From positions 1-26,143 of the forward strand of contig JBAXWY010000040.1 in NCBI GenBank assembly GCA_037128175.1: DNA of 26,143 nt. Reading direction: 5' to 3'. Of this stretch, positions 8,533 to 19,300 are shown one piece after another. The DNA is from Methanothrix sp. (lineage in GTDB: Archaea; Halobacteriota; Methanosarcinia; Methanotrichales; Methanotrichaceae). The notes under the pieces were generated by a model that saw only the letters and a list, made by a program, of their open reading frames with translations, searched no databases and was not told the origin of the DNA. Within the stretch, counting starts at the first letter, position 1. Every line of letters starts with the position of its first letter. A program made the position numbers and the translations under genes.

Positions 8533-11500
8533 TTATGAGCCTTTCGTCTTTAGGACCTTTTCGCATTTTTCTAATGCTAGCTTTAGTTCTTCTATCCGTA
8601 TCGGTTTGCTGAGATAGTCGTCCATGCCGGCCTTTAGAAACTCCTCTCGATCCCCATCAAGAGCATAAGCCGTCATGGCTATTATGTAAGGCTGTTTTTT
8701 CATTCTTTGCTCGCGGATGCTGCGCGTGGCATCCAGTCCGTCCATATCCGGCATTTGTATGTCCATGAGAATGACATCATAAGCCTTTCTTTCCAGAGAC
8801 GACAGAACACCTAGGCCGTTGTTGGCAACATCAGCTTTATAATCGAGGCGCTTTAGCATGCTAAGAGCCACTTTCTGATTTACCGGATTATCCTCGGCCA
8901 GGAGAATGACAAGATCATTCCTCCTTTCTGGGATAGGAAGCTGAACTTCAGCAGCTTTTATCTCCTGGCTCTCGGGTAAGAGCAAGTTTACCAGCAGACG
9001 CTTGAGCTGGAGAGGCTTAACGGGCTTGCTAAGCCAGCCGCTCACAGAAGAATCTCGCTCTGCCTTGCTTCCCATGTGGCTTATCATCACAATAAATGGA
9101 CGGCTTTGCATGGCCTTGATCTGTCTCAACAAGAGCCCGCGGTCCGTATCTGGCAAAAAGGCATCTATGATCACATAGTCATATTTCTCTCGCTCGAGAA
9201 TCTCTGCTGCCTCCTTTCCACCAGCTATTGCCGCCACATTCATTTTCCAGGACATTACAGCCTTCGAAAGCATATTTCTCACAGATTCGCTGCCTTCTAC
9301 TATCAGCACGTTCTTTCCTGCCAGAATTAGGTCATCAGGCAATGTCGCCTTATTTTGCACGGAAGCGTCGCATAAAATGGTAAAGTAAAAGGTGCTGCCT
9401 TTTCCAGGCGTACTTTCCACATAGATCTCTCCGCCCATCATTTCCACCAGCTTGCGACTTATAGCCAGCCCAAGGCCGGTTCCGCCATAATACCTGGTGG
9501 TCGAAGAGTCAACCTGAGTAAATGATTGAAATAACTTGCCCAGGTTTACCTGGGATATGCCGATACCTGTATCTTTAACGGTAAAATGAAGCAAGACTTT
9601 GTCACCCTGCCAGGGAGTGGAGCTTACCGACAGCACGACCTCGCCTTTTTCTGTAAACTTCACGGCATTTCCCAGGAGATTGATCAGTATCTGACGCAGC
9701 CTAATCTCATCACCTATAAGCATTGTAGGCACATCATCCTCCTGGAAATACGTCAGCTCCAGGCCCTTCTCTGCCGCCTTGGCAGCCACCAGATCCATAG
9801 AGACCTCAATGCAGCCGGCCAGATCAAAGGGCAGGATCTCCAGCTTTAGTTTATCTCCGTCGATCTTGGAATAATCCAAAATGTCGTTGATGATGGCGAG
9901 CAGGGCATTTCCGCTGCTACGAATGGTCTCCAGGTAATCACGCTGCTCGATCTTTAAATCCATCTGCAGGAGAAGGTCGCTCATGCCTATGACGGCATTC
10001 ATGGGGGTGCGAATCTCATGGCTCATATTGGCCAGGAATTTCGACTTGGCCTTTGTAGCCGATTCAGCTCTGTTTTTAGCACTCTTCAGGTCTTCTTCGG
10101 CCATTTTTCGATCTGTAATATTCCTTATGGACTCGATGGCACCATATATCGTCCCCTCTGAGTCATAGAGAACTCCCGCGCTTCCCAATAAATATGCCGG
10201 CTTACCCAGGATGTTGGAGTTGAAAGAGTCTCCTACCAATGTGCCGTCTTCTTGCCATTTGATGCGCTCGTATTCTTTTTCTAAACAGAGATCGGGTTTC
10301 AGGACAAGGTCGATGAGTATAGGCCTTCTCACCTGGTAGAAGGGAAGAGCATACTCATAGTTGCCTTTTCCTAGAATGTTGGCGGCCTTGATGCCAGTCA
10401 TCTTCTCTATTGCCCGGTTCCAGGCAATTACCACGCCATCTCTGTTTATGACGAAGGTGGCATCAGGCAAGAAGTTGATGATATCCGCCAGCCTGCGCTC
10501 GGAGTCCTTAAGAGCATCCTCTGCCATTTCGCGCTCCAAGATCTGGCTCTGCAGATCTTTGTTGGTCTCTTCGAGCTGGGAGGTGCGCTCTACAACCCGT
10601 CCCTCTAGTTCTTCATTGAGACGTATGACCTGAGTCTGCACCTCTTTACGCTCGGCAATCTCCTCCTGCGCCTCATTGTAAAGAACTGAATTCTCTTTCA
10701 ACACCAAAACCTGGCGGGCGATTACGAGGCTTATAATCACACCTACCGAGATCGCAAGGATGGAAAATGGGACAGCAAGCGGATTGTTGTGGCTATAAAC
10801 CAGCATTATAAAGGCGATGCCTGCACATAAATAAGGCAGGTAAAGGGGCCACATTATCTCGCCGTAATGATGTTTAAGCTCCAGTTCTACCTTATAAAGA
10901 CCGAGCCGTAGATTATTGACGTGGGATATCCCGGCCAGGCCAAACATAAGGTAAGAAAATGTCCAGATCATGTCTAACGGCCCTCCGGAAACGTAAGTTC
11001 CCGCCATGGACTGGCCCATATAAAGGGCATCTGCGAATATATTCCCTGCGCAAAAGAGGCCCAAGAAAATCAATGGATCTGCGCCCGGATTTCTACGCCT
11101 CCGGAAGAGCAGCTCGACCAGGGCGAACAGTTGTATCAGATCTCCGATGGGATAGGCCACTGCCAGAAACATGGTCAGCGCATCGGCACCAAGATTCTGC
11201 TCAATAGTGGGAGCAATGAAGAGAGACCAATAAATGAGAATAGAAGAGATAAGGACTATTCCGGTATCTAAGAGCAGCTTGATTCGCTCACTGGGCTTGA
11301 AATCTGCCGAAGGCAATGATAGTACGCCAGCTAAAAATAATGGATAGGCAAGAAGATAAAATAGATCCGCGAAAGTTGAAGAAGTACTCTGCTCTAACAC
11401 CAGATCGTAGTAAGAAAATAAAACGTCTCCTAAAAAAAACGAAAACTGCGATATAAACAGCAGTAACCAACCATAGTAAAGTCTTTTATCATAATTGCGT

Positions 11501-11811
11501 GATATTTTTGCTGCATATAAAATACACAGTGCAGCCAGGGCGTTTATGGACAGTGAACTCAGATCGCTGAATAGGATGTTGCCTAAAGTATCCTCCTTCA
11601 GGTAATACCAGAAGGCTACACAAATCAAGAGCATAGCAACTGCTATGATTGCCGCATTTCGCAGGGAGATTTCCCGCAAACGCTGCACCAAAGGATGCAT
11701 AATGCCATCAGTCTTTGGTGGAGACTGCTCTATTTGGCCTTCGCTCCCTTCATTTTTCGAAGAGGGAAGCAAGCAGCTTTTATTCGATGTAGGTTTTGGC
11801 ATCGATAACAC
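8533..11811 (-). CDS. Membrane-bound hybrid sensor histidine kinase (multi-TM sensor, PAS, HisKA, HATPase, two REC domains)
   Basis: About 9-10 hydrophobic helices, PAS ([22 protein letters not shown]), H-box [15 protein letters not shown]-box [23 protein letters not shown], terminal REC LAEDN...[11 protein letters not shown]...KP. Exact start codon uncertain. Confidence 0.95.
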   Translation of the reverse strand: MLSMPKPTSNKSCLLPSSKNEGSEGQIEQSPPKTDGIMHPLVQRLREISLRNAAIIAVAMLLICVAFWYYLKEDTLGNILFSDLSSLSINALAALCILYAAKISRNYDKRLYYGWLLLFISQFSFFLGDVLFSYYDLVLEQSTSSTFADLFYLLAYPLFLAGVLSLPSADFKPSERIKLLLDTGIVLISSILIYWSLFIAPTIEQNLGADALTMFLAVAYPIGDLIQLFALVELLFRRRRNPGADPLIFLGLFCAGNIFADALYMGQSMAGTYVSGGPLDMIWTFSYLMFGLAGISHVNNLRLGLYKVELELKHHYGEIMWPLYLPYLCAGIAFIMLVYSHNNPLAVPFSILAISVGVIISLVIARQVLVLKENSVLYNEAQEEIAERKEVQTQVIRLNEELEGRVVERTSQLEETNKDLQSQILEREMAEDALKDSERRLADIINFLPDATFVINRDGVVIAWNRAIEKMTGIKAANILGKGNYEYALPFYQVRRPILIDLVLKPDLCLEKEYERIKWQEDGTLVGDSFNSNILGKPAYLLGSAGVLYDSEGTIYGAIESIRNITDRKMAEEDLKSAKNRAESATKAKSKFLANMSHEIRTPMNAVIGMSDLLLQMDLKIEQRDYLETIRSSGNALLAIINDILDYSKIDGDKLKLEILPFDLAGCIEVSMDLVAAKAAEKGLELTYFQEDDVPTMLIGDEIRLRQILINLLGNAVKFTEKGEVVLSVSSTPWQGDKVLLHFTVKDTGIGISQVNLGKLFQSFTQVDSSTTRYYGGTGLGLAISRKLVEMMGGEIYVESTPGKGSTFYFTILCDASVQNKATLPDDLILAGKNVLIVEGSESVRNMLSKAVMSWKMNVAAIAGGKEAAEILEREKYDYVIIDAFLPDTDRGLLLRQIKAMQSRPFIVMISHMGSKAERDSSVSGWLSKPVKPLQLKRLLVNLLLPESQEIKAAEVQLPIPERRNDLVILLAEDNPVNQKVALSMLKRLDYKADVANNGLGVLSSLERKAYDVILMDIQMPDMDGLDATRSIREQRMKKQPYIIAMTAYALDGDREEFLKAGMDDYLSKPIRIEELKLALEKCEKVLKTKGS

Positions 11812-11963
11812 TTATCATCATGCTATTAGGCAATAATTTCGCTTTCATTTCTCTCATTTTGAAGAGCATCCTGATATCTAATATCATTTTCTTATCTATT
11901 TCCTCCGTTTGAATATTAATATGGCATCTTAACTTCAGATATGTATATATATCCTTTTGTAGA

Positions 11964-13226
11964 TCAAACTGTTGGCCTGAAAAAAGTAATATGGCTAAAA
12001 AATTTGACCCTTGTAGCGGACTCTGCCTTCTCTTTGGATACTTTAAGATCGGCATTGGCTACTTCCAGCTGGGTGGTTCTAATCTTCACCCTCTCTTCCA
12101 GCTGCTCATTGAGACGGATGATCTCCTGCCCAGCTCTCTTTCGCTCAATTATCTCTTGCTGTGCTTCCCCAAACAGCCCCACATTCTCATTTATTGCCAA
12201 AATCTGCCGGATGATGATCAGGCCGATAATGGTGCCTACGGATAGGGAGAGCGTGGTAAAAGACAGGGCCATATTATGGTCGCGGCTCCAGACGAGCATG
12301 ATAAAAGCTCCTGCTGCACAAAAATAAGGCAGATATAACGGCCATGAATTCCTAATGTTTCTCGCTTGTTGTAAAGAATTTGATGAGAAGACGCCTTTCT
12401 TCACAGCCTCGACCTGGGCTATGCCTGCCAGACCTATGAGAAGATAGCCCGCAATCCAGCCGATGTCTACGATGCCACCTGGCAGATAGGTTCCTTGCAG
12501 AGATTGGCGCATGAAAACGGCATCTGTGGCAATCCAGGTCCCGGAACCCAGGAACAGGAATAAGAGGGCCTTCTGCCCGGGAAGGTTCAACTTTCGGAAG
12601 AGAAGCTCCACTACAAAGAAAAGAAGAATCAAATCCAAAACGGGATAGGCCACTGAGAGGGCCAGGGTCAGAGCATCTGCCTGTATGCTCTGATCGATGG
12701 TTGGCTCAATGATCAGAGACCAGAAGACGAGAATCGATGTTATGATCACAATGCTGGTATCCAGCGCCATAGTTATTCTTTCGCGCAAGGAGATAAATGC
12801 CGACGGCAGAAATAGAATGCCGATCATGAACAGAGGATAGGTCATGAGATTGGGTATGTCTGCCATGGATGAAAAGGGATCTTTCATCTGAACTGTCTCA
12901 ATATAAGCCCAAATAGCGTCACCCAATACAAAACAAAGTTGGCCGAGGAACATCATCATCCAGGCGAAAAAGACCTTTTTGTTCACACTTAAAGACACGC
13001 GAGCGGCATAAAGCAGACAGAGAGTCGCGGCTGTATTGATGGCTACTGCCACCCAATCAGTGTAATAGATGAGCGAAAGAGGATTGTCCTTCAAGAAGTA
13101 AGCAATGATCAGGTAAATCACGTAAATGGCAATTGCTGCCATCAGAAAATTGCCCCGGCGAATAGAATCTGATGAAATTCCACTTCGGATAGCTGAGATC
13201 GTTGGCGCAGATTTCCACATATTCAT
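11964..13226 (-). CDS. Kinase-less paralogue of the adjacent HK sensor domain (truncated HK; possible pseudogene)
   Basis: Same TM motifs as 8533..11811 ([75 protein letters not shown]); ends at AESATRVKFF just before the H-box. Confidence 0.75.
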   Translation of the reverse strand: MNMWKSAPTISAIRSGISSDSIRRGNFLMAAIAIYVIYLIIAYFLKDNPLSLIYYTDWVAVAINTAATLCLLYAARVSLSVNKKVFFAWMMMFLGQLCFVLGDAIWAYIETVQMKDPFSSMADIPNLMTYPLFMIGILFLPSAFISLRERITMALDTSIVIITSILVFWSLIIEPTIDQSIQADALTLALSVAYPVLDLILLFFVVELLFRKLNLPGQKALLFLFLGSGTWIATDAVFMRQSLQGTYLPGGIVDIGWIAGYLLIGLAGIAQVEAVKKGVFSSNSLQQARNIRNSWPLYLPYFCAAGAFIMLVWSRDHNMALSFTTLSLSVGTIIGLIIIRQILAINENVGLFGEAQQEIIERKRAGQEIIRLNEQLEERVKIRTTQLEVANADLKVSKEKAESATRVKFFSHITFFRPTV

Positions 13227-13342
13227 GCTTTTACTCTTTTCTAACTTGCAAGAACTTGCCGTCCGGATGAACGCTTAACAGTACCGGAATAGCAAGTATA
13301 ACTATATATCTTTTTGTAGATATACGGAATGCAAAAGCTTAA

Positions 13343-13918
13343 TTGCAAATGAATTTCCTAAAATCAGCTGGAGACTTAAGTTTGAAGGAAGAATTCGAGA
13401 GGATGTCCTTTGATGAAAAGGTATCTTATATTGTAGAAAACCTGAGAAAATTGCCTGACGATTTAGCAAAAGAGGGCGTAGAGGTACTGGCAAAAGCAGG
13501 TGAGACGGAGTATGCAGTCGTTTTGGCCAGAGACAAAGGAATGATCGATAAGGCCATAGCCATTCTTGTGGATGCTGGAGACTTTCTCTGGGCCGCATTG
13601 ATTGCCAGGAACGCAGGCCAGGATGCTCTTTCCGAGAAGCTCTACAGGGACGGTCTGCAGTATTACATCGAGAATGAGTTGTTCGCTGGGGCCATTTCTG
13701 CTGCAAATGCTCTGGGCCGGTCTCCTGATGAGATCGATGATCTCTATCGAAGGGGCATTGCCAGTGAGAGCAAAGGTGTTGATCTCGCTCACAGCCGAGA
13801 TATGATCGATTGCGCCATGCAATCCCTGGATATATCTCTAATCGGAAGGGATGATGAATTATCCCAAAAGGTTATGAAGGCTTTGCATGAGGAACGAGAA
13901 AAAAGAGCAAAACCGTGA
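13343..13918 (+). CDS. Hypothetical alpha-helical (TPR-like) protein
   Basis: 191-aa ORF with natural composition and Ala/Leu-rich helical repeats (AIAILVDAGDFLWAALIARNAG); start may be at an internal Met. Confidence 0.75.
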   Translation: MQMNFLKSAGDLSLKEEFERMSFDEKVSYIVENLRKLPDDLAKEGVEVLAKAGETEYAVVLARDKGMIDKAIAILVDAGDFLWAALIARNAGQDALSEKLYRDGLQYYIENELFAGAISAANALGRSPDEIDDLYRRGIASESKGVDLAHSRDMIDCAMQSLDISLIGRDDELSQKVMKALHEEREKRAKP

Positions 13919-13946
13919 TTCGCGCACGAGCATCCACTACAACTTT

Positions 13947-14864
13947 TTACTCATCCTTGAGATAGATTTCCAGAGACATTAGATCCTCAGCCACAATAGT
14001 CCTCTCGAAGATGGATTTTGCCTCTTTTAAAAGTTGGGAGGTATCTTCAGAGTAGCGGGAGCTTATATGAGTTAAGACAAGCTGTCCCACATCTGCGTTT
14101 TTGGCGATTTCAGCTGCTTCTACCGCGGTGCTGTGCTTCGTCTCTTTGGCCCAATCCGCCATATCATTAGCTAAAGCGCAGTCGTGGATGAGCAGATCCG
14201 CCCCCATGCTGGCCAGCTGCACTGATTTGCAGGGCCTTGTGTCTCCCGTGTAGACGACCCTTCTGCCCGGTCGGGCGGGGCCCATAACCTGGTGGGGCTC
14301 TATTTTTTTGCCGTTCACCTCTATTTCCTGGCCATGCTGCAGCTTTCCGAAAAGCGGTCCGGGTGGTATGCCTAGAGAAGTAGCTGCATCGCGGTTGAAT
14401 CGACCGAGGCGCATGTCTTCCTCTAAAGAGTAACCGAGACTGGGAACGCTGTGCTTAGTTGAGATGGCCCTTACCTGGCAGCCTTTCATCTTCAGCACGT
14501 CTCCGGGCTGTAGTTCGATCGCCTGGACATCGAAGTTGCGGGAGAAGTAACAGACAGACTTAAAGCACTCCACCAGATGCATAGTATGGATGGGACCGAC
14601 GATTGTAATTGGATTTTTCCTCCCCTGGAAGGCCAAAGTCTCCAAGAGGCCGGGGATGCCTAAGATGTGGTCGGCGTGCAGATGAGTTAAAAAAATGTAG
14701 TTTAAGCGCATCATGCCCGTTCTCGCCCGCATCATCTGCCTTTGTGTGCCTTCTGCGCAGTCAAAGAGCATCATCTCTCCCTCGCGGTTGATAAGGATGG
14801 CCGAAGGATTTCTCTCCGGCGTAGGAAGCGATCCGGCAGTTCCCAGGAAGGTCACATTTAGCAA
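13947..14864 (-). CDS. rnz: Ribonuclease Z (tRNA 3'-processing endonuclease)
   Basis: FLGTAGSLPTPERN, FDCAEGTQRQ, THLHADHILG metallo-beta-lactamase motif, GIPPGPLFGKL exosite, YTGDTRP, HST, LTHISSRY. Confidence 0.96.
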   Translation of the reverse strand: MLNVTFLGTAGSLPTPERNPSAILINREGEMMLFDCAEGTQRQMMRARTGMMRLNYIFLTHLHADHILGIPGLLETLAFQGRKNPITIVGPIHTMHLVECFKSVCYFSRNFDVQAIELQPGDVLKMKGCQVRAISTKHSVPSLGYSLEEDMRLGRFNRDAATSLGIPPGPLFGKLQHGQEIEVNGKKIEPHQVMGPARPGRRVVYTGDTRPCKSVQLASMGADLLIHDCALANDMADWAKETKHSTAVEAAEIAKNADVGQLVLTHISSRYSEDTSQLLKEAKSIFERTIVAEDLMSLEIYLKDE

Positions 14865-14975
14865 CTTTTCAGCCTCGTTAAAGCTCTCGGGGGAGAGAAA
14901 CCATGTTTTCCCATATCATCTTTTGCATGCAAACCTTTATCAGATAAAAGAGACGGCTCTCTATTGGTGTAGGAA

Positions 14976-15095
14976 ATGGATGCAATTACGATCGTCGAGT
15001 GGCTTCAGGCCCTGCTGATACTGGCAATCTTCCTGGGAATAATGGCAACGAGCTTCAAGGTTTGGCGCTGGAACTACGCAACACCGCCCAGATAG
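14976..15095 (+). CDS. Putative 39-aa single-TM membrane microprotein
   Basis: MDAITIVEWLQALLILAIFLGIMATSFKVWRWNYATPPR*; one hydrophobic helix with a basic/aromatic C-terminal flank; GGTGTAGG RBS-like sequence and CTTTATCA TATA-like box upstream; below the ORF-track cutoff. Confidence 0.6.
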   Translation: MDAITIVEWLQALLILAIFLGIMATSFKVWRWNYATPPR

Positions 15096-15250
15096 ATCCT
15101 GCGGCACAGACAGATCCATCAGCTATTTTATTTTAAAACGTAATACCCCGCAGCTTGCTGCGCGTGGGTGCGCGCCGCCGCAGTTTCACGCCCCATTTCG
15201 TGACAATAGCAGGCGGTTTAAGCTACTTTTTAAAAGATGAGAATCCCCCT

Positions 15251-16114
15251 TCAGGTCCAAATGGAAGGAGGAGCGTTGCCTATCGGTGTCCCAACAACCG
15301 GCCTTGCTGCCGATACCAGGCCCGTCGTTGCTTGAACGGAGGTCTGGGTGAATACATATCCCGGAAATTCAGCATTGACGAGATAGACTCCCGATGCCAC
15401 ATCGATGGCATAATACCCGGCAGGATTCGTCATTGTGGAGAATTTCCCGCCCTCGTTATTGGACACAATTACCTTAACGCCGGACATGCCCTGACCGCTC
15501 TGATCCAGCACTTTTCCAGCCAGACAAAAGGAGGTGGGATAGCTTCCCGAGCCTACCATGATGGATAGATTATTGCTGGCCAACCCTGCCGAGACGAAGC
15601 GATAGATGTGCGCACCGAGATAATTTGCATACGCGCCGTTTATCCTATACCAGCCCGGTGTGACGTAGCCCTGGTTTAGGATTTGGCGGTTATAATCATA
15701 AAGCAGAAAACTGCCCTTCCCGTTTACTCGCGCCCAGAGCACATACTGCTCGCCGAGAGTTACTGTGCCCTGTGTTAAGAGGTCTTTGCCACGTTGCAGG
15801 TAAAGCTGGTTGGCCAGCTTACCGCCGCCGCCTGCAACAAACAGACCCTCACTTGCCGGGTCGGCTGGCAGAAGCTGCAAGCTGAAGGCGCCCTGGCCTG
15901 CCTCGTAGGGATCTAACTCCATTCTCCCGGAATTATATGTGCTGAGGTAGTCCGGTACCACAGTGCCGACCTGATCACCACTCGATACAGGTGTTCCCAT
16001 CCCGTAACCACTCTGATCGTAGACTTTCTTGCCGCCCATGCCCTGTGAGGCGGACGGATCTGCTAAAAGCAGAGCAACCATCAGCCCCGCAATAATAAAT
16101 ATGATCTTTCCCAT
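15251..16114 (-). CDS. Secreted protein with C-terminal carboxypeptidase-regulatory-like (beta-sandwich) domain
   Basis: Signal peptide MGKIIFIIAGLMVALLLADPSAS (start moved from 16153 to 16114); C-terminal LAGKVLDQSGQGMSGVKV...TNPAGYYAIDVASGVYLVNAEFPGY. Confidence 0.8.
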   Translation of the reverse strand: MGKIIFIIAGLMVALLLADPSASQGMGGKKVYDQSGYGMGTPVSSGDQVGTVVPDYLSTYNSGRMELDPYEAGQGAFSLQLLPADPASEGLFVAGGGGKLANQLYLQRGKDLLTQGTVTLGEQYVLWARVNGKGSFLLYDYNRQILNQGYVTPGWYRINGAYANYLGAHIYRFVSAGLASNNLSIMVGSGSYPTSFCLAGKVLDQSGQGMSGVKVIVSNNEGGKFSTMTNPAGYYAIDVASGVYLVNAEFPGYVFTQTSVQATTGLVSAARPVVGTPIGNAPPSIWT

Positions 16115-16356
16115 ACTGAAATTCCCCTTCAATCCATGAGCCGCCAAGCACATAAATGTTATGCATTTTCATCATTCGAACCATGCGGTCGTGATCACAT
16201 TTATAAATGAAAACTGCATCCATGCACAGGCTGAGCAGCCTAAGATATGCTGGTGCCAGGAAGAAAAATGAAAAAAAGCAATTCAAAAAAACAAAAAATA
16301 TAAATAAGGAAAATACGAGAATATAGCTTATAACAGTCATGTATTGGAGGAGATCT

Positions 16357-19300
16357 ATGGATCATGTCAGGGTCGGTGGAGTCTGTCTGCTACTATTAAT
16401 TATAGCTGCGGCTCTGCCAATTAGTGTATTGGCGCAAACCCCTTCTGAAAACGATAATGCAGCGAACGGGGCGGCCCCAATCATAAGCCAGAGCTTGCTT
16501 TCTAAGAGCACGCAGGGAGAGGATATATCGGCAGAAAAGCTGGCCAAGCGCACCACTGGACTTAAGCCGCTGGCAACAACGAAAAGCATGGAATCTCAAA
16601 CATCATCGACTGCTTCGCAGACGAATGCGGCCAAGGCCGCGCCTGCCCAGGCAGCGTCAACCCCACCGGCAGCATCTACCCCAACAGCAGATGCTACCGC
16701 GCCTGCCGCCGATGCCACAGTGACGCCGGACATGATCGCCTCCGATACAGTAGCGACACCGACCAGCACCGAGTCTTCTTTGGCTCCTCTGGCAAGTGAG
16801 ACGGTTAGTACTCCTGAGAATTTAACTCTGGGAGCAGTAGTCTCTAATGAGAATGCTACCCAGAATGAATTTGCGAGTGCGTCACCAAATGCTTCAGAAA
16901 ACGTATCTAGTAACGCCAGCGAAATAAAACTAAGTGATTCACCATCAAGTGATTCAACATCTAATGAGACCGAGTTTGGAACGGACCGGATTTGGAGAGA
17001 GGGTATTAGTCCACTTGAATATACCTGGACCCCACAGACATTTTCCGGATTCTTCTATGACTTGAAGAATGATGTAGGCACGGAAAAGCTTACCATCAGG
17101 CTTCAGACATCTGGAAGGTCTATTGATTCGGGCGACCTGACATACAGCACTAATGCCCAGGATACTGATTTTGAATTCAGCGACTGGGGAAGCTATCAGG
17201 TTATAGGCTTCATGGCAGATAAGTACTTTGCCGGCTACAAGGCCAACGATGTCTTCGACAAGGATAGAAGTCTGATAAATGACGGCCAGCTTAGAAGGGT
17301 GCTCATGGACAGGAGCGACGAGAGCACTATTACCACAGGATCGGTCATGCCCCTGGAAGAGGGCTATGAGCTGCGCATTAAACAGATAGACCTTAACGGA
17401 AATAAAGTATATCTGGCCCTGGCCAAGGATGGAGAAGAGGTTGACAGCAAAGTAGTCTCGCCGGAAAATGCCAAGAGCGCTACCTACCAGTACAAGGTCG
17501 ATATTTCTGGTGAAGATACTGCAATCGTCCTGGCGCATATTTCCAATGTTTTTGCCAGCGCCGAGTCTGCACTTGTAACGGTGGACGGCCTCTTTCAAAT
17601 ATCCGACACATTTGCAGCGGTTGAAGATGGTGATAAGTACGACAAAATGAAGGTAACTTCCGTTTCGGACCAGGGTGTAGAGATGGATAATGAGGATTCC
17701 CTCACCCTTAGAAAAGGAAGCACTACCAAGATCTTCGGAAATGTTGGATTCCTGGTTGCGGATGCCGATGAAATTCGCTTTGCACCGGTCGTAGAGAGAA
17801 CAGGAAACTACGATGTGAGGGGCACAGTGATAAATCCCTCCGAAACCAAAGAGTTTACCTGGACACCTTACAACTTCGAAGGATTTTATTACGACATCGA
17901 CGACGATGTTGGGACGGAGAGCTTAAAGGTCACGATAAGCGGCTCGAAGATCGAAGAAAAGGACTTGATTTACAAGACGAGCCCCCAGCCGGTCAAATTC
18001 AAGTTCGAGAACTGGGGCAAGTACGATGTCATAGGCTTTATGGCTGACAAGTACTTTGCAGGCTATAACAATGAGACCAAGTTTACAAACGAAGAAAGCG
18101 CCATTAACGAGGGTCAACTCCGGCGGGTCCTACGCGACAGCGATGATAGCCAGACTATAGCCAGCGGATCGGTTCTATCACTGGAAGAAGGCTACGAACT
18201 ACGCATCAAGCAGGTAGACCTCAATGGCAATAAGGTCTATTTGGCTTTAGCCCAGGATGGAAAAGAGGTAGACAGCAAGGTAGTAACTCCTTCCGCCGAT
18301 CCGACGGACAAGGCATCCAACTATTTGTATAAGGTGGATATGGGCTCACTTAAAGACGTTCCAATTATTGCAGCTCATGTTCAGAGTGTCTTTAGAAGCA
18401 CTGAGTCCGACCTGGCAACTGTTGATGCCGTCTTCCAGGTATCAGAGAACCCAGAGTCTGTAGAACAGGGTGAAATTCACGGCAAGATGAAAGTGGAGGA
18501 TTTAGGGACTGACGGCATCACCATGGTAAACGATGGCACGATTAGCCTGGGAAGGGGACGGGTTATCGAGATCATGGAGAACCTGAAGATCGAGGTTGCC
18601 GATAGCACCAAGAGGTTGCTTGCACCCATTGCCACCAAGACAGGAAGCGGAAAAGAAATGACTTTGAGCCTTCCGGAAGGCGTGGTTAATCAGCCGGTAT
18701 CCATCAGTGTCAAGTCCGGCACTTCAGGTCTAAGCGGAGTTCAGATCCAGATGAATGGAAGCTCCATTGCAACTACAGATGTAACTGGATCGATCAGCTA
18801 TACGCCTGCCAATGTCGGAACCTTCCAGATAATTGCCAAGAAGAGCGGCTACAACGACGTTATGGCTAGCCTGATAGTGAGGACGGCGGCCGAGGCAACC
18901 AGACAGTCTGCATTCGAGAAGGCCAATACTACCCTCGCCAACCAGCTCACCATCAATGCGCCGGCAGAAGTTATCAAGGGAGAAAATTTCCTGATATCTG
19001 TGGTGCAGGGCATCAACCAGACACCTGTGGATGCAGCGTCCCTGTTCCTTGATGAAGAGAGCATCGGCAGCACCTCAATCCAGGGAACGATGACCTACTC
19101 GGCCAATGTCACCGGCGAGCATAGCTTGAAGGCAGAAAAGGAGGGCTTGAACTCCGCTAACCGGAAGATCAAGATATCCTCATCCCTGAGGGTCGTTAAT
19201 CTGACGGTGCCGGATAAGGCCAACGCAGGCAGCGAAATGAAGATAACTGCCATTGTAGAGAACGTCGGCATTAATGACGACTCTCGCTTGCTGGAGCTCA

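Noticed and set aside
11780-12055. Programmed frameshift joining the truncated sensor to the downstream kinase
   Set aside because: The shifted frame loses kinase similarity after SNFLAI, stops at 11780 and is out of frame with the 11811 ORF; no correctly phased slippery heptamer.
15975-16340. 121-aa Phe-rich ORF resembling a membrane protein
   Set aside because: Hydrophobicity comes from reading the intergenic poly-A tract on the minus strand, and it overlaps a real gene.
17000-18300. Long imperfect direct repeats that might suggest a DGR template/variable pair or a CRISPR array
   Set aside because: They are the two in-frame DUF1608 repeats, differing largely at synonymous positions; no reverse transcriptase, cas gene or regular spacers.
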